64,000 nucleotides of DNA, from positions 62,001 through 126,000 of IMG/VR virus record IMGVR_UViG_3300024503_000015, one strand, 5' to 3'. Shown in pieces: positions 30,556-40,508 of the stretch. The position numbers were made by a program, and so were the translations under genes. The stretch's first letter is position 1; every line of letters starts with the position of its first letter. Below the pieces are notes generated by a model. The model did no database searches. It worked only from the letters and a program-made list of their open reading frames with translations, and was not told the DNA's origin.

Positions 30556-30562
30556 TATTTAG
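30556..30562 (-). promoter_or_regulatory. Late promoter (CTAAATA)
   Basis: TAAATA core at the start of the intergenic region. Confidence 0.65.
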
Positions 30563-30574
30563 CCGTTTGTATTT

Positions 30575-33500
30575 TTAACCTAGTATTAGGTTCCAAAGAT
30601 AGGAAATGTCTTCCATATATTGTTGCGTAACAGTTTCGCCCTCACCGCCAGCATTACCCCATTTTGTACCAGTCCACACTTCAACAACACTTTCTTCAAT
30701 GTTGTATCTAGTTTCACCGACTTCTGGGGATGAAGGTTGTTCTGCTGTAGTTCCGTAGGGAATTACTAGACCATTAGTTCCAGTAAATTTAATATATCCT
30801 AGCCCTGTAGATCCAAGTGTTATTGCAGAATTTAACTCGTTTCTAATATCAGATCCATCTGGGGTAATATTTTCAATTCTATTAAGTCCGGTTCCATTGG
30901 GTGCAAATGTTAGATCATTGTTAGTTGTAGTAACTGTGTTAACATCAAATAATGTATTGTCTACTAGTAATCCGTTAGTACGTAATCTTGTGGAAGTAAT
31001 ATCCATTGTTAGGATATTATCTGCTTTAAAGTTTATTTCTTCACTAGAACCAGCAGTTACAGATGTTTGTCTATCTGCTGAATATACTCCGCCAAATGCC
31101 GCGCCATAGCCTTCAAAAATTCCAGTTGTGGTATTAAATCTAACATCACCTTGTTGGAATGTTGGGCGATTTGCCGTGGTACCTTTTGGAACTATTAATG
31201 CCGCAGTAGTATCAAATTTTAAATTTTTACCAGTGTTGGGCTGTAGTACAATGTCATCTGCATTAGAAACAGTACTTCCAGTAAATTTTGTAGTTTCTAA
31301 AAATACTCCGCCTGCAGAGTTTCCTCTTAATTCTAAATTTGAGTTACTGGTAGTTGTAGAAATGTAGTTGTCTTTGATTAAGATATCTGCATTATAAAAT
31401 TCTTCAGCAGTATATCTATTGCTGGCTGTGATATTTGTTGTGTAATAATCACCAGAAATGCTAAGACTTCGTGTAATGCTAACATTATCTACTGGAATTT
31501 GTATAATGCCGGAAGCGTGTGCGCTTAGTTCTAAATCACTGTTTGAATCACTGGTGAAAATTCTATTATTAACTATCTGAACATTGTCAAAATATGCGCT
31601 AGATCCTACAGTTAATGTTCCGCTAATGTCTAAAAATCCTGTGTTAGATTTATCACCAGCGAGTACTACTGCACCGGTATGATTTAAAGTTCCTATAACA
31701 TTTACAGATTTTACAGTAGTTAATCCGCTGACAGTAAGATTTTGGTCGAACGCCGCATAATCTTTTAAGTTTACGATTCCTGCAGAATTAGCACGTAGTT
31801 CTAAGTCACTGTTTGACACAGTAGTTTCTATTACATTTCCTCTAATTCTAATATCGTTAATATTTGCTTCTGATGTATAAGTATCTCGCCATACTTTTGT
31901 ACTTGAACCTAAGTTGTAGGTTTCTGTTACATCTGGTTCAAAATTTTGATTTAATGTTTGTTTGAATGTTACGGTATCTACTGTTTGATTACCTAAAATT
32001 AATTGTCCACCTAGACTAAAATCTCCGGTGATATCTAAATTCTTAGCAACATTAACATCTAAAGTTAGGTTAGTTTCTCCGCTGGCTGATAAAATGTTTA
32101 CTTCGCCAAATAAAGATTCAATTGTATTTCCTGCTATTTTTAAATTGCCTGTATTAACAAAATCTTTTGTAATTGTTGTTACGTCTGCGCCCGTGGTAAT
32201 AGTCAAACCAGTTGCACCTGTTGATGCTAATCCGCTGGCGTCAAAACTAACTGTACCATTTTCAAAATCGACATAAAATTGATCGCCTACACGGAATGTA
32301 CCTTTGTGATCCTGACTTTGATAGTAAACTCTACCGCTGTTTAATTCTACTGTTTCGTTAGTTTGTACAACTAGTGTGTCATCATTAGTAGCATCTTTGC
32401 CTGTACCTATATAGGCAAAGTTGTGCTGAATTAGATACATTAATGTATCTGCACCGTCTGCTACTGCTCCATAATTTCCGTAAACGTTTGCTGAACCAAT
32501 ACTACGAACTTCTGCACCATAGGCCAGTGTGCTACCATCTTCAGTTAATCTACCTGTGCCTTGTATAGCATATAGAGCTCTATTAGCAAAATATGTAAAT
32601 GAATTTAACCATTCAACACGCACACCGTTGGTCATTGTCAATGCATCTACACCAGGTGTGATAAATGTCACAGCATGGAACAACATACTTGCTTCTTTAG
32701 TTAAGTAGTTTGTTTCACTACCGTCTACTAGGGCACCTTTACCCGCATCGCCACTGGCAAAACCTCTTGGATCATCGGCTGTAGTTGTTGTACCTTGTGT
32801 TATAACTGATACATTTTGAATGTAAGGACTGCGACTAGTTACCTGCGCATTTGGAGCAAAACGGAAAGCATAACCTTTGTCGTTAATACTGTCATAGTAA
32901 AAGTCTTTGATTGTTAAGTTATTAACTGTGGTTTCACCATTTAAATGAAATACGTCTTCGCTTTGACTGGCTGTGTCTGGAACAATGGTAACGCTTCTTA
33001 ATTCTAATCCACTTACAGCAACACCTGCCGGAACAACTAATGGTAATAGTTCTGCATAAGTTCCTGGATATATTTTAATTGTGTCACCGGCAGTGGCCAC
33101 GCTTAATGCTTTTTCAATAGTAGCATACGGTGCGTTTTCGTGATTACCTTGATTTAAGTTATCGCCATTTTCAGCAACAAACCATGTTTTGCCCGGACGA
33201 AGAGCATAGTTAACTCCACTAGGAGTTGATAAACTGCTAGTAGTTACTTGTTGCCCGTTGACTAGATTTGTGTACAGGCCGTTCCATCTATTAGATGATG
33301 ATGTTCCTAAACTATAAAATGCATCTGTATCTGGAACAATGTTACTGGCTATGTCTGCATTAAAATCTACAGCATCGTTTTGATCTGAACCAAATGTAAT
33401 CGTGCCGTCTAAGGTAATATCGCCGGTAGAGTGTAAATTACCAGTAATATTAAACTCGTTGTAAACTTCTAACGTGCCTGATCCGTTTGGTCTAATTTCT

Positions 33501-33994
33501 AAGTTAGTATTAGATGAACTTGCTGTCAAGGCGGCATCGCCCAAATCGATAACATCATCAAATGTTGTTGTAGATGCTAGTCCTAAGTCTAAGAAGAAAT
33601 CCTGTCCGCCGCTGGCTGGACCACCGTCTAATTGATCTAATAAAATACTGCTAGTAGTGGCAATAATATTATTGTTAATAAAAATATCGTCTGTAGATAT
33701 AGCAGATGCAACTACACGATTAACTGCGGTAATGTTTAACGATCCTAATGCTGTAGTAATTCTAGAGAAATCTACAGTAATATCGTTATTAGTAAAATTT
33801 GTTGATAGTGTATTGGTACTGCGTGTTGTACCTAATACTTCTAATTCTGTGTTGGGAGAATTAGTTTTAATGCCCAAGCGGCTAGTGCCAACATCGAAGT
33901 ATATTAAATCGGTTTCAAAGGAAAGATCAACACCGTCTCGCAACAGGTTGTCTTTAAGCATTCCACCGGAAATTCGGCCAATATCTACAGGCAT
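30575..33994 (-). CDS. Tail fibre/spike-like beta-helix protein, paralog of 26222-30436 without the LamG-like domain
   Basis: Shared GRISG.xLK.NLLR.GVDL.FETDL N-terminus and beta-helix; likely start ATG 33994 with GGAG RBS (ORF track extends to 34009). Confidence 0.7.
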   Translation of the reverse strand: MPVDIGRISGGMLKDNLLRDGVDLSFETDLIYFDVGTSRLGIKTNSPNTELEVLGTTRSTNTLSTNFTNNDITVDFSRITTALGSLNITAVNRVVASAISTDDIFINNNIIATTSSILLDQLDGGPASGGQDFFLDLGLASTTTFDDVIDLGDAALTASSSNTNLEIRPNGSGTLEVYNEFNITGNLHSTGDITLDGTITFGSDQNDAVDFNADIASNIVPDTDAFYSLGTSSSNRWNGLYTNLVNGQQVTTSSLSTPSGVNYALRPGKTWFVAENGDNLNQGNHENAPYATIEKALSVATAGDTIKIYPGTYAELLPLVVPAGVAVSGLELRSVTIVPDTASQSEDVFHLNGETTVNNLTIKDFYYDSINDKGYAFRFAPNAQVTSRSPYIQNVSVITQGTTTTADDPRGFASGDAGKGALVDGSETNYLTKEASMLFHAVTFITPGVDALTMTNGVRVEWLNSFTYFANRALYAIQGTGRLTEDGSTLAYGAEVRSIGSANVYGNYGAVADGADTLMYLIQHNFAYIGTGKDATNDDTLVVQTNETVELNSGRVYYQSQDHKGTFRVGDQFYVDFENGTVSFDASGLASTGATGLTITTGADVTTITKDFVNTGNLKIAGNTIESLFGEVNILSASGETNLTLDVNVAKNLDITGDFSLGGQLILGNQTVDTVTFKQTLNQNFEPDVTETYNLGSSTKVWRDTYTSEANINDIRIRGNVIETTVSNSDLELRANSAGIVNLKDYAAFDQNLTVSGLTTVKSVNVIGTLNHTGAVVLAGDKSNTGFLDISGTLTVGSSAYFDNVQIVNNRIFTSDSNSDLELSAHASGIIQIPVDNVSITRSLSISGDYYTTNITASNRYTAEEFYNADILIKDNYISTTTSNSNLELRGNSAGGVFLETTKFTGSTVSNADDIVLQPNTGKNLKFDTTAALIVPKGTTANRPTFQQGDVRFNTTTGIFEGYGAAFGGVYSADRQTSVTAGSSEEINFKADNILTMDITSTRLRTNGLLVDNTLFDVNTVTTTNNDLTFAPNGTGLNRIENITPDGSDIRNELNSAITLGSTGLGYIKFTGTNGLVIPYGTTAEQPSSPEVGETRYNIEESVVEVWTGTKWGNAGGEGETVTQQYMEDISYLWNLILG

Positions 33995-34012
33995 GTGATT
34001 AGTCTCCAATAA

Positions 34013-34019
34013 TATTTAT
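34013..34019 (-). promoter_or_regulatory. Late promoter (ATAAATA)
   Basis: TAAATA core upstream of RBS. Confidence 0.65.
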
Positions 34020-34048
34020 TGGATCCTGAATTATTAAAAGTGTTGAGA

Positions 34049-34762
34049 TTAACGGTCGAAGCCGTGAATGACAGTGACTGGTTTACCGTAAGGAACAGCA
34101 CTTGTGAACTCTACAAAACGTCCAACTCTTGTTACAGTAACGCTAACAGTTCCAGATCCGCTAGCATTTGTGTTTAGTGTTAAACTTACGCCAGGACTTA
34201 CACCTGTTACAGTCCCAGAAACACCAGATCCAGATACAGTTGCACCGATCATACTGTCAGTGGCTTCTGAAGTAATTAATGTTGGGTTTCCGTCTGTCTT
34301 TGCTACAGAAATAGTACTTGCGGGCGCATCTACTAGTGTGTAGTTTGTTGTAGAAATTTGATAAACGTTTTCAATTAATACGAATAAGTTCTGTGGGTTT
34401 GTTAGTTCTGGATATGGATAATCAGCATACCCCGAATCCAACGGGCCAAAATAAACTTCGGCAGCGTCACCGTTACCTAGATTTTGTTGTGTAATTAGTG
34501 CTGGTTCTTTAAATCTAAATTTGCGCCATGCCGCTGGAGTTCCTTGACGTCCTTCAAATTCTTGGTCCGTTGTGTTATAACGAATATGTCCTTCGACTGG
34601 ACTAGTTACTGTGCCAGATTCGCCAGGACGACTAGTAGTAGGTCCGTTGGGAATTAACAATACGTTTTCAGTATCTAACTTAACTTCGTCTGTAATTTCA
34701 ACCGCAATACGATTGTCTTTTACATTACGACTGTTTAATTGATTACGTTTTAAAAACTTCAT
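34049..34762 (-). CDS. Virion structural protein
   Basis: IP.G.T..RP...G.IRYN....FEG motif shared with the two beta-helix proteins; likely start ATG 34762 (TAATG overlap with upstream stop). Confidence 0.6.
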   Translation of the reverse strand: MKFLKRNQLNSRNVKDNRIAVEITDEVKLDTENVLLIPNGPTTSRPGESGTVTSPVEGHIRYNTTDQEFEGRQGTPAAWRKFRFKEPALITQQNLGNGDAAEVYFGPLDSGYADYPYPELTNPQNLFVLIENVYQISTTNYTLVDAPASTISVAKTDGNPTLITSEATDSMIGATVSGSGVSGTVTGVSPGVSLTLNTNASGSGTVSVTVTRVGRFVEFTSAVPYGKPVTVIHGFDR

Positions 34763-35097
34763 TAACTTACTCTCATTGAAGTTAGAGATACACTTAGTCG
34801 TGTATTTGCATCTGCTGTTGCCCAAATTCTTTCTTCTGAACCTAGTACAATTTTTTCTGTATCAAATGTAAATGTTTCACCTGCTGGTATTGTTAAGTTA
34901 TGAATAACTTTAGTAGTGTTAGCAATAGTAGCCGGTAAAGGTGCTAATAACCAAAGATTTAAAACAACATCCGATGTTGAATAATTGCAAAACATCATGC
35001 AGGTCACAGCATATTCTCTGTCATCAGAACCAACAGTGCCAGGGGCAGTATAAATTGCACTGCCTAGTGTAGTTACTAAATTGCTTGTGATTGCCAT
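34762..35097 (-). CDS. Small virion protein (~110-aa paralog family, copy 3)
   Basis: IYTAP...FCN....V.LNL...LTIPAGETF..EKIVL pattern. Confidence 0.55.
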   Translation of the reverse strand: MAITSNLVTTLGSAIYTAPGTVGSDDREYAVTCMMFCNYSTSDVVLNLWLLAPLPATIANTTKVIHNLTIPAGETFTFDTEKIVLGSEERIWATADANTRLSVSLTSMRVS

Positions 35098-35106
35098 GTT
35101 CTATCC

Positions 35107-36123
35107 TTAAAATATCATACTGTAAACGATTGCTTTACGTTTACTTATTAATTCATCTTGCTTGTTCTCTGAGTTTACAAAGAACAATCCTGTGCCACCT
35201 TGGGCTTCATTCTTAGCATAAAGTTTTACACCATCGGCTACGCTTCCTGGATCTTCTGTTTGTAGGTATAATTTAAAATGGTCATCGACACCTACGCAAC
35301 CTGTACCGTCACTGCGTAAAACTAAATCTTCGTTACTTAATCTACTTTCAATAGTAGCATTATAAAACTTTAAATTCTGTACTTCAAATCTGTCTACAAA
35401 CCAAGCGGCATTAATTACATTATCTAAAGTTAATGTTAAATTACTTGGGCCACCATCTGCTTCAAAGTCACTAATTTCCAAATAAGAATCATACAATACT
35501 GTTACGCCGCCAATCTTAGCACTATCTTGTAATTTGTAAGGCGGATTTAATGTAAAGTAACTACCTACATAATCTGTAACTGCTTGAATGTTAGGAATAA
35601 TATCTGGATCAATCGGAGGAAGGCCAGGTGCTGTATAATCTAAAACTTGTTCTTCATAGTTTACTGTGCCAGTAACGTTAACTACAGCCGTTCCTGTTCC
35701 TAACAAGTTTAAATTATATCCAGCAGTAGTAATGGAATTAGTCTGTATTCCAATTAAATCATCAGTTTCATTTTTAGCAACAAACAGTCCGCTACGTGTT
35801 GTACCAGATTGTGTATCTAACCAGTTTTTTGATTCATCAAAAACTAAAAAAACATCAGGTCTTGATCCGCGAGATATTTGAATACCCGCTTCTCCTAGTC
35901 CTGTTGGACTAATACCTGCGCCGCTTTCGCCTCTGTTTAATAGAATAATTTTATCTTCTATTTCAACGTTGACTGTTTGTATGGATGTTGTATTACCTAA
36001 TACAGTTAAATCACCGGTGACAAGAACCGTACCAATTTGATCACCAGTATTCAGCGTAATTGTTCCGCCAGAATTAACTGATATCTTATAATCGGTGTCT
36101 TGTACTTTAACTATTCTTGCCAT
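35107..36123 (-). CDS. Virion fibre/structural protein
   Basis: VTGDLTV.G.TT....V.IEDKII.LN.GE..AG..AGI.I.RG fibre motif. Confidence 0.6.
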   Translation of the reverse strand: MARIVKVQDTDYKISVNSGGTITLNTGDQIGTVLVTGDLTVLGNTTSIQTVNVEIEDKIILLNRGESGAGISPTGLGEAGIQISRGSRPDVFLVFDESKNWLDTQSGTTRSGLFVAKNETDDLIGIQTNSITTAGYNLNLLGTGTAVVNVTGTVNYEEQVLDYTAPGLPPIDPDIIPNIQAVTDYVGSYFTLNPPYKLQDSAKIGGVTVLYDSYLEISDFEADGGPSNLTLTLDNVINAAWFVDRFEVQNLKFYNATIESRLSNEDLVLRSDGTGCVGVDDHFKLYLQTEDPGSVADGVKLYAKNEAQGGTGLFFVNSENKQDELISKRKAIVYSMIF

Positions 36124-36135
36124 GTGTAATCCTTA

Positions 36136-36157
36136 ATAAGGGACCTAAGTCCCTTAT
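36136..36157 (-). terminator. Hairpin, probable intrinsic terminator or attenuator
   Basis: 9-bp perfect stem ATAAGGGAC/GTCCCTTAT right after the 36159 stop; weak U tail. Confidence 0.55.
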
Positions 36158-36158
36158 A

Positions 36159-36581
36159 TTAAACTGCAATCAATACTAATACGTCTGCTGACGAATCGTT
36201 ATCTAAATACCACTTGTACTTGTTACCGCTAAAGTCATAAGCAAGGCGCTTAGTTAATTTAGCAATAGCAGTAGTACCAGGAGTTTGACCAGTTGTAGAA
36301 CCTAAAATACGAATTTCACCATTGGCTGCTGGTGTTCCAGAAACTAGTTTACCAACTTTTAAGTTAGTACCTGTAATAGAACTGATGCTTTCTGCTTCAG
36401 TAAATGCATCATCGGATGTTTTTAAAACAACGTATGTGCTCTTGCCACGTTGTTTAACAATTTGATAGTCACTGGCTAATGAACCGCCGAAGTAACCTTG
36501 AACTAAAATACCTGCTTGTGATGTAGTAAATGAACGAGTAACTTTAGTACCGTATACATCTTTCTTTAATGGACGTCCCAT
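36159..36581 (-). CDS. Hypothetical late protein (MGRPL N-terminus), possibly capsid-associated
   Basis: Own late promoter, strong AAGGAG RBS, directly downstream of the major capsid gene. Confidence 0.6.
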   Translation of the reverse strand: MGRPLKKDVYGTKVTRSFTTSQAGILVQGYFGGSLASDYQIVKQRGKSTYVVLKTSDDAFTEAESISSITGTNLKVGKLVSGTPAANGEIRILGSTTGQTPGTTAIAKLTKRLAYDFSGNKYKWYLDNDSSADVLVLIAV

Positions 36582-36665
36582 TTGTTTTCTCCTTATGTTG
36601 ACGTTTTAGGTCTACGCAGAGGGATTCTGCATAAGTTCGCTAATGCGAATATAATTTAGACATTG

Positions 36666-36672
36666 TATTTAG
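36666..36672 (-). promoter_or_regulatory. Late promoter (CTAAATA)
   Basis: TAAATA core just past the gp23 terminator. Confidence 0.65.
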
Positions 36673-36676
36673 CCAC

Positions 36677-36708
36677 AAAAGAAAAAGGACTCCGAAGAGT
36701 CCTTTTCT
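36677..36708 (-). terminator. Rho-independent terminator of the major capsid gene
   Basis: AAAAGGACTC-TTCG-GAGTCCTTTT stem with C(UUCG)G loop followed by TCTTTT. Confidence 0.9.
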
Positions 36709-36730
36709 TGTTACACTTGTTAAGTGTTGA

Positions 36731-37906
36731 TTACTGGAATGTAGCGTTAGAGATACTAACTGTACCTAAGTAATCAGCCGCGTTACCAAGAGATGATGCT
36801 GTGTTGTTCAACTCAACATATCCATAACGAGTCATGAAAGACACGACTGGTTCGAATGATGTTGGGTCTAATACAACGCCAGAGCTCATCAATGGAACGT
36901 ATGGGCAGTAGAAAGCGGCTGCGTCAGATTCGCTAGAACCTTTGTAACCAACTAATACTGATGCGCTGTCAGATGCGTATGTGTTAACATAGATCTTCAT
37001 AGCATTGTTCAATGTACCAACAAACTTAGTGTTTGTAGGTGCTTCGAAAGTACCTTCTGTTGTTCTTGCGAACGCAGAAGTTGTTGCACTTTGAAGGATT
37101 GTTAATGCGTATGGGCTAACAACGGCCCAGTTACCAGCACCACGACGTGTACGTTGTGCGATAACGTTAGCGGCACGGTTGATTAGAACTGCCAAAGCGG
37201 CGTGTTCGTCACCAACGAATGTTGCTGTACCAGATACTGTTGCCTGGTCAAATGCTTGGTTGTTACCGTTAGATGTTGCAAGAGTTGCTAGGGAACCTAG
37301 AACTTCTTGGTCGATTTCAGCAGTGATTTCTTGAGCAAGAGCAGCCATGATTTCTGCTTCGATGTCAATACCTTGTTGGGCTTGTGCATCTTGAGCAGCC
37401 TCGAATGTCCAACGTGCAGACAATTTACGAGTCTTGGCTTCAACTGTTTGCTTCAAGATTTGGATGCTCATACGCTTACCAGCAACACCTTCTAATGCGG
37501 CAGTTGCGGCGGCTGTAGTAGCAGATCCGTTATTTGCAGAATAACCTTCTGCAATCTTGAATGGGCTTAGAGCCTCTTCACCAGCGGTAGCACCATATGT
37601 ACCACTTAGTGTATCGCTGTAGCGAACACGTAGAGTATGGATTTGACCAACTGGACCAGTCATTGGTTGTACACCAACTAATTCGTTGGCAATAACTGTT
37701 GGCATAACACGACGGATCACTGGAAGGATCACGCGGTTAAGGGTTGCGACGTTACCGGCAGAAGTAGCACCAGTTGACGCAGATTCTGAAAGATACTTAC
37801 GAGTATTCTCTAAAGTAACTCCCATTACGCTACGCTTGGTACCTTGAAGGCCTTCTAATAGTGCCTCTTTAGTTTCTTGCCAGCGGCTTTCTAGTAGTTC
37901 TGACAT
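36731..37906 (-). CDS. gp23: Major capsid protein (T4 gp23 family)
   Basis: GVQPMTGP.GQI, VEAKTRKL.A.WT.EAAQD, EI..EID.E, FY.PYVPL and F.P...F.TRYG motifs. Confidence 0.95.
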   Translation of the reverse strand: MSELLESRWQETKEALLEGLQGTKRSVMGVTLENTRKYLSESASTGATSAGNVATLNRVILPVIRRVMPTVIANELVGVQPMTGPVGQIHTLRVRYSDTLSGTYGATAGEEALSPFKIAEGYSANNGSATTAAATAALEGVAGKRMSIQILKQTVEAKTRKLSARWTFEAAQDAQAQQGIDIEAEIMAALAQEITAEIDQEVLGSLATLATSNGNNQAFDQATVSGTATFVGDEHAALAVLINRAANVIAQRTRRGAGNWAVVSPYALTILQSATTSAFARTTEGTFEAPTNTKFVGTLNNAMKIYVNTYASDSASVLVGYKGSSESDAAAFYCPYVPLMSSGVVLDPTSFEPVVSFMTRYGYVELNNTASSLGNAADYLGTVSISNATFQ

Positions 37907-37917
37907 TTAAATTCTCC

Positions 37918-39009
37918 TTATTTTAATCCAGCAAGGCGACGGATGTCAATTACATCGGCCTGGCTATTAGCACTACTAATGCTATGGGTTTCTTTGTTGC
38001 CTGTGATTTCTTTTGCCTCTACAAGAGCCTTCTTCTTCTCCGGTGTGCTACCACTCAATACTGCTGGTAAGTACTTGTCGAAACTAGTACGTAGTTTTGC
38101 AGTTTGCACACTTTCTAGTAACTCGCTCATGATGTCTTTTTGGTCCTTGTTTAGAGGATTTAGAAGTTCACTCATTACTTCTTTACGTTCAGCGGCTTCT
38201 TGTGCGCGAGCAACTTCTTGCTCTTTGCTTTCTACCAACTGTTGCTTTTCAGAAATAATGCTCTGTGCTTCTGCGAGTTTTTGTTCTTTTTCTGCGATTA
38301 CTTTGAGTAACTTGCTTGTCTCTGATTTCTCGTTCAACAAACTAGATTGATACTCAGTTGTAAATGCTTCAAAAATCTTACGTCCAAAGTCGTTTTGACG
38401 AGCTTGGTCGATATCTTCTTTAAGTTGAGTAATCTCTTTCTCAAGACCTTGTTTTACAACAGATTCAACTAATTCTGCTGAAGTCTTTACAAACTTGCTC
38501 TTAAGTTGAGCAAATTGTTCTTTTGCTTCTTTAACAAGTTTAACTTTGGTTTCTGCCAAGTCTTTCTTGTCATCATAGAAGTCTGCAATTTCCTTAGCCA
38601 ATGCTTCGACTACAAACTGCTCTAACTTACTAAAATTCTCAGCCATTACTTTCTGATCTTCGTGAAGTTCAGAAATTTCTCTAGCAAGAGAAGTCAATAC
38701 AAACTCGTTAAGTTTACTTGAGTGTTCGCGAATAGCAACAGCATACTTGGCTTTCGCCTCTGCTAGTTGTGCGCGATCTTCTGTAAACTCTTGGATTTCG
38801 ACAGATAAACGATCTTCAATCATGTTATTGATTGCGTCGACCATTACTTGTTTGTCATGTTCGTATTTTTGCGCGAATTCTTCGCGTAGTTGTTGAGTAG
38901 CCTGTTCGCGGTTTTCAGCGATTCTGGCGTTCCAAGCAGACTCGATGTCTGCTTTGATTTCTTCGGAAATCACGTTGTTTTCAAATAATGATTTAAGTGC
39001 ATCCAACAT
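37918..39009 (-). CDS. gp22: Prohead core scaffold protein (T4 gp22-like)
   Basis: Coiled-coil, Glu/Lys-rich, between protease and capsid genes; GRKIFEAF motif. Confidence 0.8.
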   Translation of the reverse strand: MLDALKSLFENNVISEEIKADIESAWNARIAENREQATQQLREEFAQKYEHDKQVMVDAINNMIEDRLSVEIQEFTEDRAQLAEAKAKYAVAIREHSSKLNEFVLTSLAREISELHEDQKVMAENFSKLEQFVVEALAKEIADFYDDKKDLAETKVKLVKEAKEQFAQLKSKFVKTSAELVESVVKQGLEKEITQLKEDIDQARQNDFGRKIFEAFTTEYQSSLLNEKSETSKLLKVIAEKEQKLAEAQSIISEKQQLVESKEQEVARAQEAAERKEVMSELLNPLNKDQKDIMSELLESVQTAKLRTSFDKYLPAVLSGSTPEKKKALVEAKEITGNKETHSISSANSQADVIDIRRLAGLK

Positions 39010-39024
39010 TGTGATTCTCCCTTG

Positions 39025-39657
39025 TTATTGGAGTCCGCCTATTATTTTTAATAGGCTTTCTTTTAAGTATTGCTGTGCCTTTGCGTCGCCTTGTACTTCT
39101 TGTGCTATTCTTAGTGCCTTATATCCGCCCTTACTATTCATGAGATGCTCATAAATGGGCGTTGGATACGCACCCGGGGCTGATGGTTGAGCTACTACAT
39201 CAACTGTAATAATCTCGAAATCTGACACTTCACCGGATCCGTCTTCTTTGACGTTTCCGGATCCGCGCGAACTAACTCCTAACTTAACACCACTTTCCAA
39301 CATAGTTTTCACTAATTGTCCCATTGGGGTTGGAAGAATCTTAAGTTTACCGTAACCATTTGGGCCATCCATCCACATTTCTGTAATCATATGGCTTACA
39401 CGGTCTAGGTTAATTTTTAAGTCGTCTGGATGATCTACTTCGCCAAGAACTGAATATCCACCAGTGATCTGGTCGTTTAGTGTTTTGACAGCCCTGCCGA
39501 TTTCGCTCACAGGATACACACGCTGATTTGCGTTACGAATGCCGCCCTGGATACAAATACCCTTCATATAAAGGTTTTTGCCTCCGTCGCCATCCGACTC
39601 CACAACCATTCGGGCTTGGTCGAATGTTAGGTTCTCACGTAAGTAGAAATTACTCAT
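39025..39657 (-). CDS. gp21: Prohead protease (T4 gp21 family)
   Basis: N.N.RVYP, LGEVDHP (catalytic His), LGVSSRGSG (catalytic Ser), D.V..PSAP.A motifs. Confidence 0.93.
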   Translation of the reverse strand: MSNFYLRENLTFDQARMVVESDGDGGKNLYMKGICIQGGIRNANQRVYPVSEIGRAVKTLNDQITGGYSVLGEVDHPDDLKINLDRVSHMITEMWMDGPNGYGKLKILPTPMGQLVKTMLESGVKLGVSSRGSGNVKEDGSGEVSDFEIITVDVVAQPSAPGAYPTPIYEHLMNSKGGYKALRIAQEVQGDAKAQQYLKESLLKIIGGLQ

Positions 39658-39673
39658 CTAGATTAGACCCTAA

Positions 39674-40456
39674 TTAACCTTTGCTACCAATGATACTCTT
39701 GGTATCAGCGCCGCTTTCGCCTGCGCCTTTCTTCTCTGCGCCATGACCTTTGCTTTGAGCATTAAGTTTTGTCGCATTTTTTGAACCAGGCACATTAACG
39801 TTACCTGAATTCAAATCCTTTGTTGATGGATTTGCTAAACCACCTTGTGTACCACCTTTGTTGCTTTCGCCGCCTTTAGCGATATTAGCAACTGTGCCAC
39901 CCATATCGTTCTTACCGGCTACGATTGACTTAGTGTTAGCACCGTTGTCACCGTGCTTTGGAGCACTTACTTTTTCTACGTATTCTACAACGTAGTCTTC
40001 TTTAGTTTCTTCTTCTTCGCCGCCTTCTTCGCCTTCAGGTGCTTCTGGACCTTCTTCTGATCCACCTGCTGGGAATTCGTCGCCGCCTTCTTCACCTTTG
40101 TCACCACCCATCATTTGTTCAAATTCTGCGGTTAGTGCATCGATAATGTCTTGTTTCATTAGGTCTAGGTCGCCTACAGTTGCTGGCTCTTCATCGCCAC
40201 CTTCGCCACCGTCCATGTCATCTTCTGGTTCATCGGCATCGATATCGCTTAGTAAATCGGCTGCTGGCTCGTCTTGAGCTTCTAAACCAAATGCTTCTTC
40301 TGCTGGTTGATCAAATTGTAGATCATCGTCCAACAAGTTTTCGTAAATTTCGCGAGATTTTGCTACCACTAGTTCGTGGAACAATTCTTCGGCTTTTTGT
40401 TTGTCTTCATTAATTAGATATTCAAGCATCTGCTCGAACTTTGCGCGATCAGTCAT
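39674..40456 (-). CDS. Acidic prohead core protein (gp67/gp68 position)
   Basis: Very Glu/Asp-rich, between portal and protease; own late promoter and AGGAG RBS. Confidence 0.55.
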   Translation of the reverse strand: MTDRAKFEQMLEYLINEDKQKAEELFHELVVAKSREIYENLLDDDLQFDQPAEEAFGLEAQDEPAADLLSDIDADEPEDDMDGGEGGDEEPATVGDLDLMKQDIIDALTAEFEQMMGGDKGEEGGDEFPAGGSEEGPEAPEGEEGGEEEETKEDYVVEYVEKVSAPKHGDNGANTKSIVAGKNDMGGTVANIAKGGESNKGGTQGGLANPSTKDLNSGNVNVPGSKNATKLNAQSKGHGAEKKGAGESGADTKSIIGSKG

Positions 40457-40508
40457 TTATGTTCTCCTATATATGTGATGGGGTTATTCACCCGCAAGGC
40501 TGTCGATG

